Shown piece after piece: positions 57,904 to 64,000 of a stretch of 64,000 nt of DNA. The stretch's first letter is position 1, and every line of letters begins with the position of its first letter. This DNA is from Myxococcota bacterium (lineage in GTDB: Bacteria; Myxococcota_A; UBA9160; PR03): assembly GCA_041611735.1 (NCBI GenBank), contig JBFIML010000003.1, positions 32,001 through 96,000 on the forward strand, written 5' to 3'. A model generated the notes under the pieces. It was not told where the DNA came from. It did no database searches and saw only the letters and a program-made list of their open reading frames with translations. A program made the position numbers and the translations under genes.

Positions 57904-58013
57904 CGCGATCCCCCCTTTTCCTTCGTGGGCGGGCGCAGTCTACCACTCCGGGTGCGGTCGGCTGCCCCGCTGGGAAGCGGCGTCCCGCCCCGCGCCGTGG
58001 TTCACTGGTGGGC

Positions 58014-58862
58014 ATGGGCAGGGCAGCGCGCCGTGGGGCCGGGGCCCAACCCCGGGGCCCGTATCTCGCCGGCGCCTTGCGCGCCGAGTTCGACGCCTGG
58101 CTCGCCGCGACCGTGGCGCGCTTCGTGCCGCCCCTCGTTTTCCGGGAGGTGCGCAAGGGGGTCCAGGCCCTCTCGTCCCTGTACGTGGAGCGGCGCGGCG
58201 AGGGGGAGCTGGCAGCCCGGGCCCGGTCGGGGAGTGGAAAGCGGGCGGCGCTGGCCACCTACTACGCGCCGCTCCACTTTCTGGCCGTACACCACGCCCT
58301 GGCCCGCATCGGACCGGCGCGGCTCGGCGTCGTGGAGCGCCTGATCGACCTGGGCTGCGGCACGGGAGCGGCGGGGGCCGCCGTGGCCTGCGCTTTCGAG
58401 AAACGCCCCGAGACGCTGGCCGTGGACTGCTCCGGCTTCGCCCTGGCGGAGGCTCGACGCACCCACGCGGCCTTCCGCATCCCGGCCCGCACGCGCCGCG
58501 GTGCGCTTCCGGGCGCCGCATCCACGCCGCGCCCGGGCGAGCTGGTGTTCCTGGGCTGGACCGTGAACGAGCTCGACGACGCCGAACGCCGGGAGCTCCT
58601 GACGACGCTGGCGGCGGGCCTCGCGGCGGGAGCTCGGCTGCTGGTGGTGGAGCCCCTGGCGGGACGCGTCGCTCCCTGGTGGCCGGCCTGGCGGGAGCAC
58701 CTGGCCCCGCTCCGGGTCCAGGAGCATCGGATCAAGCTGCGGCTGGTGCTTCCGGAGTGGATCGCGCGGCTCGACCGGGCGGCAGGCCTCGACCACGGGG
58801 AGCTCGGGGCGCGGTTGCTGGCCGGACCGCTCCGGCCCGACGCGTCCGGGTCGCCGTCCTGA
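58014..58862 (+). CDS. Class I SAM-dependent methyltransferase (Rsm22-like)
   Basis: YYAPLH, LIDLGCGTGA, VNEL, LVVEP. Confidence 0.78.
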   Translation: MGRAARRGAGAQPRGPYLAGALRAEFDAWLAATVARFVPPLVFREVRKGVQALSSLYVERRGEGELAARARSGSGKRAALATYYAPLHFLAVHHALARIGPARLGVVERLIDLGCGTGAAGAAVACAFEKRPETLAVDCSGFALAEARRTHAAFRIPARTRRGALPGAASTPRPGELVFLGWTVNELDDAERRELLTTLAAGLAAGARLLVVEPLAGRVAPWWPAWREHLAPLRVQEHRIKLRLVLPEWIARLDRAAGLDHGELGARLLAGPLRPDASGSPS

Positions 58863-59869
58863 GCCCGGCGCCGTTCGTCTCCGTGCTGCTCCCGGCCCGC
58901 GACGCCGCCGCAACGCTCCCGGCCTGCCTCGCCAGCGTGCGGCGCCAGAGCGAGACCCGCTTCGAGTGCGTGGTGGTGGACGACGGCTCGCGCGACGCCA
59001 CCCGGGCCCGCGCCCGGGCGGTGGCGGCGTGCGACCCGCGCTTCCGGGTGATCGCCCAGCCGGCCCGCGGCCTGGTCCCGGCGCTCCAGGCCGGCCTGGC
59101 CCGCTGCCGGGGCCGCTACGTGGCGCGCATGGACGCCGACGACGTCATGCACCGACGCCGCCTGGAGCTCCAGGCGGCCGCCCTCGAGGCGGCCCCCCGG
59201 CTGGCCGGCGTCGGCTGCCACGTGCGGGTCTTTCCGCGCCGCGAGCTGCGCGACGGCCTGCGCGACTACGAGCGCTGGCTGCGCGGCATCGACTCCCCGC
59301 GCCGCGTGCGGGAGGAGGCCTTCGTCGAGTGTCCCCTGCCGCACCCCACCTGGATGCTGCGCCGCGACGTCCTCGCCACGGTGGGCTACCGGGATGCGGG
59401 CTGGCCCGAGGACTACGACCTCCTGCTGCGGCTCCTGCAACGCGGCGGAGAGCTGGGCGTGGTGCCTCGCCGCCTGCTGGCCTGGCGCGACCGGCCCGAG
59501 CGCCTGTGGCGAACGAGCGGCGCCTACTCCCCGCTGCGCTTCCTGGCCTGCAAGGCCGCCTTCCTGGCCCAGGGGTTGTTGGCACGCGACGAGCGCTACG
59601 TCCTGTGGGGCTACGGCGAGACGGGCAAGGCGCTGCGCCGGGCGCTGCTCGCTCACGGCAAGCGCCCGGCCTGGATCGTGGAGCTCCATCCCGGGCGCCT
59701 GGGCGAGCACATCCACGGGGCTCCGGTGGTGCGCCCCGAGCGCCTGCCGGGCCTGCCCCGCCATCCGATCGTGGCGGCGGTCGCGGGGAGCTTCGCGCGC
59801 GGCGAGATCCGCGGGATGCTCGCCCGCCTCGGCTTCCGGGAGCTGGTGGACTTCGTGTGCGCCGCCTGA
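58859..59869 (+). CDS. GT2 glycosyltransferase with a C-terminal Rossmann-like region; start uncertain (CTG 58859 or GTG 58882)
   Basis: VSVLLPARD, VDDGSRD, ARMDADD, PEDYDL, LWGYGETGK. Confidence 0.88.
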   Translation: MSPAPFVSVLLPARDAAATLPACLASVRRQSETRFECVVVDDGSRDATRARARAVAACDPRFRVIAQPARGLVPALQAGLARCRGRYVARMDADDVMHRRRLELQAAALEAAPRLAGVGCHVRVFPRRELRDGLRDYERWLRGIDSPRRVREEAFVECPLPHPTWMLRRDVLATVGYRDAGWPEDYDLLLRLLQRGGELGVVPRRLLAWRDRPERLWRTSGAYSPLRFLACKAAFLAQGLLARDERYVLWGYGETGKALRRALLAHGKRPAWIVELHPGRLGEHIHGAPVVRPERLPGLPRHPIVAAVAGSFARGEIRGMLARLGFRELVDFVCAA

Positions 59870-59878
59870 CGCGGCGGC

Positions 59879-60559
59879 TCACGGCGCTCCGGTCTGCGGC
59901 GCCTGCTCCAGGCGCAGCGTGCGCAGGTCCCGCAGCAGGAGATCCTCCGAGAGGAAGCCCGCACTGTAGATGTTGCGCACCTGGCCCCGCGCATCCACCA
60001 GGAAGACCTTGAGCACGTGACGCAGCAGACCCGTGGCGTGGCCCCGGGCATCCACCAGGGCGAGCACGTCCTGGCCGTAGTCTTCCAGGACGGGCTCCAG
60101 CTCGGCGCCGCTGCGGGCGGTGAGGAAGCGCCAGTCGGCCTGGGGTGCGAGGGCCCGGCGCAGGACGCCCATGCGCTCCGGCGTATCGTGGGCCGGGTCG
60201 AAGCTCACGGTCACCAGCCGCACGTGCGGGGCGAGCTGCGGGTCGGCGGCCAGGCGACGGTCCACGGCCTGGAGGACGGCCAGGGCGCTCGGGCAGACGT
60301 CGGGGCAGTGGGTATACACGAAGGACACCAGGGCCAGCGCGCCGGGGTCGCGGGCGAGGAGCGCTGCGGGGTGGCCGTCGGGATCCAGCAGCCGATGCTC
60401 CGTCACCGTCCCGATGGGCGGGAGCTCGTAGCTCCCGGGCTCGGGGAGCGAGACGGGCGCCGAGGCCGGCCGCGGCGCGGGCGGCGCCGCCGGCCCGTGG
60501 GCGGATGCCGCCGCCGCGAGGGCGAGCCCCGCCACGAGTGCCACCGCGGCGCGTCTCAC
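59879..60559 (-). CDS. SCO1/SenC copper chaperone
   Basis: Signal peptide, FVYTHCPDVC, VSFDP..DTP, conserved His (RHVLKVFLVD); GTGA overlap with the upstream gene. Confidence 0.9.
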   Translation of the reverse strand: MRRAAVALVAGLALAAAASAHGPAAPPAPRPASAPVSLPEPGSYELPPIGTVTEHRLLDPDGHPAALLARDPGALALVSFVYTHCPDVCPSALAVLQAVDRRLAADPQLAPHVRLVTVSFDPAHDTPERMGVLRRALAPQADWRFLTARSGAELEPVLEDYGQDVLALVDARGHATGLLRHVLKVFLVDARGQVRNIYSAGFLSEDLLLRDLRTLRLEQAPQTGAP

Positions 60560-61869
60560 CGGCCGCCCCCCAGCCCCGGGACCCCCTGGCTCGCCACCCG
60601 CCCGCGATAGAAGCCCTCGGCGCCGAAGCGCATGATGTGCGGGCGCCCGAGCTCCGCGGCCCGGAAGTCCACGGCGAAGCTGGGCTCCAGGCGCTGCCCG
60701 TCCCAGCGGAACGCCTTCAGGAACTGCTCGTCGTCCTCGCCCGGCTTGTCCCAGCTGGCCAGCAGGGAGGAGGTGAAGTAGACCCGCTTGCCATCCCAGG
60801 ACTGGGAGACCATGTTCACCTGCTTGCCGATCTTGCGCTCGTGGACCTGCTTCGGCTGACGCGGGTTCGAGACGTCGAAGACGCGCACCATCCCGTCCAT
60901 GAAGCTGTCCACGAACAGGAAGCGATCGTCGGCGGAGAGGCTGATGTCCACCGGGAGCGGCGTCTTGGCCGGGTCTCCCACGTCGGCCACCGCCACGGCC
61001 TCGAAGGTCCCGTCCGGCTTCAGGAAGACGCCCCAGATCTTGGAGGTGAGGGCCGTCGAGGTGAAGGCGTAGTCGTGACGCGGCTGGAGCGCCCAGCGGA
61101 TCTCGAGGGGCGCACCCGGCACCTCCAGCACCTGGAGCGGCTTCCGCGCATGGTAGTCCCACACCACCATGGTGTTGCCGAACTCCTTCATGGCCTCCGG
61201 ATCCTGGATCAGCTGGCGCAGGTCCCGCATGTAGTTCTTCTTGCCGGTGAAGGAGGAGGTGAGCATGCGGTTCAGGTTCGCGTTCACCCGCACGTCGTAG
61301 CCGTACTCGGCGCCCTCGGGCATCCAGATGGTGCGCACCGGCTCGCCGGCATTGCTGTACTCGACGAGGGCGGTGCGCCCGCCGAGGTCGCGGTCGTTGG
61401 AAAGGCCGCTGATCAGCATGCGGCCCGGCAGGGCGTAGAAGGTGTGGGGCCCCACGACACCACCGGAGCGCTCGACGAAGTCCTCGATGCGTCTGGCCAG
61501 GCGCGGGCGGGCGGGGTCCGAGGCCACGTCGAAGACGAAGATCGCGCTGGTGTCGAGGCCGCCCATCCAGAGGTGGCGCCGGTCGTCGCTGAAGCCGCCG
61601 TGGTGGGCCTCGTGGCGGCCTCCCACGGAGACCGAGGACACCACCTGGCCGTAGTCCGGGCGCGCCGGATTCGCACCCACCGTCACCAGCTTGTCGGAGC
61701 CGTCGCCGAGCCCCGGCACGCCGAGGGTCCAGACGTAGACGTAGTCCTCCTGGCCCACGAGCTTGGGCAGGTAGGGGGACTGGCAGGTTTCGTCGGCCAG
61801 GGACGCGCCGGGCAGCGTCCATGCGACCACGAAACCCAGGGCAGGCAGCAGGGCTCGCAGGCCTCGCAT
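60556..61869 (-). CDS. mtoX: Methanethiol oxidase-like protein (SBP56 family), secreted
   Basis: Signal peptide then DETCQSPY..GQEDYVYVWTLG, EAHH, GPHT, APLEIRW, LPVDIS, SLLASWD, GRPH. Confidence 0.88.
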   Translation of the reverse strand: MRGLRALLPALGFVVAWTLPGASLADETCQSPYLPKLVGQEDYVYVWTLGVPGLGDGSDKLVTVGANPARPDYGQVVSSVSVGGRHEAHHGGFSDDRRHLWMGGLDTSAIFVFDVASDPARPRLARRIEDFVERSGGVVGPHTFYALPGRMLISGLSNDRDLGGRTALVEYSNAGEPVRTIWMPEGAEYGYDVRVNANLNRMLTSSFTGKKNYMRDLRQLIQDPEAMKEFGNTMVVWDYHARKPLQVLEVPGAPLEIRWALQPRHDYAFTSTALTSKIWGVFLKPDGTFEAVAVADVGDPAKTPLPVDISLSADDRFLFVDSFMDGMVRVFDVSNPRQPKQVHERKIGKQVNMVSQSWDGKRVYFTSSLLASWDKPGEDDEQFLKAFRWDGQRLEPSFAVDFRAAELGRPHIMRFGAEGFYRGRVASQGVPGLGGGR

Positions 61870-62017
61870 GGGGGGATCCTCCGTGCGCCGATCCTATCAC
61901 CGTTGCGCCGCCCTCAGGCCACGAGATCCGCGACCCGGCTTGGACGGGGCCCGCCCACCACCTCGTCCGGATCGGCGGGGGTGGGCACCGCCCGGATCGG
62001 GGGATCGAGCCCGCGCT

Positions 62018-62536
62018 TCATAACTTCGAGCCCAGGCTCCAGCCGCTCGCGTGGGGCGCCAGGAAGATCACGCGAAGCGTCAGACGGCTGTGAAGCCAGC
62101 GGCCCTCCACGCGTCGATACTCGTCCTCCTCCACGCCCGCCAGCCAGTGGGGGACGCCGTCGCGGGTGGTGCAGGGGGCCAGCACGTCCCAGCGGGCGCG
62201 CGCCCGGTCGTCCTCCACCTCGATGCGGGGCTTCACGAAGTAGTGCCACGAGAAGCGCAGCGTGGGCCGGGCGAAGCGGGCCTCGATGGCCGCCCGACCG
62301 CGGCAGCTGCCCAGGGCCGGGCCTCCGTCCCAGACCGCGTCCACGGTGAAGAGCGCTGCGATCTCCCGCGCGATGTGCGCCAGCTCGTCGTCGGCGCGCG
62401 GAGCGCCGTCGGCGTAGCGGCTGTCGGCCAGCTCGCCATAGCGGGCCTTGAGCCGTTCGATGGACTGGACGTCCTCCGCGCGTCGCAGGCGACGCTCCAG
62501 GGCGCGGACCGTTGCCTCGAGCTCCTGGATGTCCAT
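62018..62536 (-). CDS. SnoaL-like/NTF2 family protein
   Basis: IERLKARY, LFTVDAVWDG, WHYF, DEYRRVEGRW. Confidence 0.88.
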   Translation of the reverse strand: MDIQELEATVRALERRLRRAEDVQSIERLKARYGELADSRYADGAPRADDELAHIAREIAALFTVDAVWDGGPALGSCRGRAAIEARFARPTLRFSWHYFVKPRIEVEDDRARARWDVLAPCTTRDGVPHWLAGVEEDEYRRVEGRWLHSRLTLRVIFLAPHASGWSLGSKL

Positions 62537-62587
62537 GCGCGGCTCTCCCTGCCGGGGCGGTTTCGGGACCGTGGTACGATACCAGCG

Positions 62588-63826
62588 ATGCGACGGCGCC
62601 TCCCCGTGCGGCTCTACAACCAGGTGCAGCGGGGAATCGCCCGTTTGGGCCGTCGGCCGCCCCCCCTGGCCGCCAGCGAGGAGCGGCTCCGGGAGAAGGC
62701 GCGTCGCGCCACCGGCTGCGACGACCCCGGCGACCCTCGCTTCCTGGACGGGCTGCGCGTGCTGCTCCACGCCTACGACGAGGAGGCGCGCCTCAACCCC
62801 TTCGGGCGCTTCATGGTGGAGCAGCAGCTGCTGGCCGTGCTGAAGAGCCATCTCGCGGTGCGGGGCCAGCTGGCCCGCGATCCCTCGTTGCGTTCCGCCG
62901 CGGTGCGGCGCCCGCTCTTCGTGCTCGGCCTGCCGCGCACCGGCACCACGGCCCTCCACCACCTGCTCGCCCAGGATCCGGCCCAGCAGGTGCTCGAGTA
63001 CTGGCTGGCGGCGGCGCCGGGGCCCCGGCCGGCCCGGGACCGCTGGGCCCGCGACCCGCGCTTCCGGGAGGCCCAGCGGGGGCTGCGCTTCACCTACTGG
63101 CTGGACCCGGACCTGAAGGCGATGCACTGGATGACCGCCGACGGCCCCGAGGAGTGCCGCCAGCTCTTCATGCAGTGCTTCACCGACGACACCTTCGACT
63201 CGAACGCCACCATCCCGAGCTACACCAAGTGGTACGCCCAGCAGGACATGCGCCCGACCTATGCCTGGCACCGCGACGTGCTGGCGCTCGTGCAGTCCAG
63301 CGCACCGGAGCGGCGCTGGGTGCTCAAGTATCCGGCCCATCTGGCCCACCTGCAGGTACTGCTGGAGACCTACCCGGACGCCTGCATCCTCCAGACCCAT
63401 CGGGATCCGGCCCGCGTGCTGCCCTCCCTCTGCAGCCTGGTCAGCGGCTGGCGCAGCCTCTACGAGGACGGCGTGGAGGAGCGCGCGGTGGCGCGCTGGC
63501 AGGTGGATCTGTGGGCGGAACGCATGCAGCACGCCCTGCGCGTGCGGGAGGGGGCGGATCCCCGCCGCTTCTTCGATCTTCACTTCGGCGAGCTGGTGGC
63601 GGACCCGGTGGACGCGGTGCGGCGCGCCTACGCACACTTTGGCTTCCCTTGGAGCGACGAGGTCGAGCGGCGCATGGGCGCCTGGCAGGCCGCAAACCCC
63701 CAGGGCCGTCACGGGGAGCACCGCTACTCGGCGGCACGCTTCGGCCTCTCCGAGGAAGAGATCGCCGAGCGCTTCGCACCCTACCTGCAGCGCTTCGGGG
63801 TGACCCGGGAGGCCGCGGCAGCCTAA
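62588..63826 (+). CDS. Sulfotransferase family protein
   Basis: LGLPRTGTT, PEEC, WVLKYP.H, QTHRDP..S. Confidence 0.92.
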   Translation: MRRRLPVRLYNQVQRGIARLGRRPPPLAASEERLREKARRATGCDDPGDPRFLDGLRVLLHAYDEEARLNPFGRFMVEQQLLAVLKSHLAVRGQLARDPSLRSAAVRRPLFVLGLPRTGTTALHHLLAQDPAQQVLEYWLAAAPGPRPARDRWARDPRFREAQRGLRFTYWLDPDLKAMHWMTADGPEECRQLFMQCFTDDTFDSNATIPSYTKWYAQQDMRPTYAWHRDVLALVQSSAPERRWVLKYPAHLAHLQVLLETYPDACILQTHRDPARVLPSLCSLVSGWRSLYEDGVEERAVARWQVDLWAERMQHALRVREGADPRRFFDLHFGELVADPVDAVRRAYAHFGFPWSDEVERRMGAWQAANPQGRHGEHRYSAARFGLSEEEIAERFAPYLQRFGVTREAAAA

Positions 63827-64000
63827 CCCGGCTCGAGACCGGCGCGCAGCCCCGCGAGCTTCACCACCCGGGTGCGGGGCTCCGGATGCTCCCGCGCTCC
63901 CACCCAGCGCAGGCACATGGTGCCGCGGCGGTGGCCCGCGGTCTCGAGCCAGTTCTCCACGCCGGGGTCCTCGTGAGCCACGACGATCCGCACCGAGCCG
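63823..64000 (-). CDS. C-terminal end of a DUF1214-like protein (partial)
   Basis: Manual translation GSVRIVVAHEDPGVENWLETAGHRRGTMCLRW...; not in the ORF track. Confidence 0.75.
   Translation of the reverse strand, partial: GSVRIVVAHEDPGVENWLETAGHRRGTMCLRWVGAREHPEPRTRVVKLAGLRAGLEPG

Noticed and set aside
1-64000. tRNA, rRNA, transposase, prophage or defence genes
   Set aside because: None recognised by eye; tRNAscan, Infernal and DefenseFinder runs would be needed to exclude them formally.

Overview
Very GC-rich, gene-dense bacterial chromosome segment. Gene content suggests Myxococcota or a related deltaproteobacterial lineage (inference only). It holds about 50 CDS: core metabolism (partial anthranilate synthase, asd, plsB, sucA, acyl-CoA dehydrogenase, PolX, M1 aminopeptidase), transporters and many hydrolase/VOC genes. 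I saw no rRNA, tRNA, CRISPR array or transposase. Highlights: (1) an unannotated Trp-Trp leader peptide with an attenuator upstream of trpE; (2) a ~83-bp palindromic dispersed repeat (two full copies and one half copy) that supplies the stop codons of four genes; (3) a ~17-kb glycan/glycolipid locus with three paralogous uncharacterised GT-B-like proteins, a glycoside-hydrolase-like/GT2 fusion, an ABC exporter, a branched-sugar module, a sulfotransferase pseudogene and a motif shared by its two leader regions; (4) a DevBCA-type exporter whose ATPase is fused to a cyclic-nucleotide-type GAF domain, followed by an Aur1/PAP2-like lipid enzyme; (5) a methanethiol-oxidase-like gene plus SCO, apparently lacking one proposed TTQ tryptophan and with no adjacent mauG. 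All family calls come from motif recognition by eye; no database search was run.
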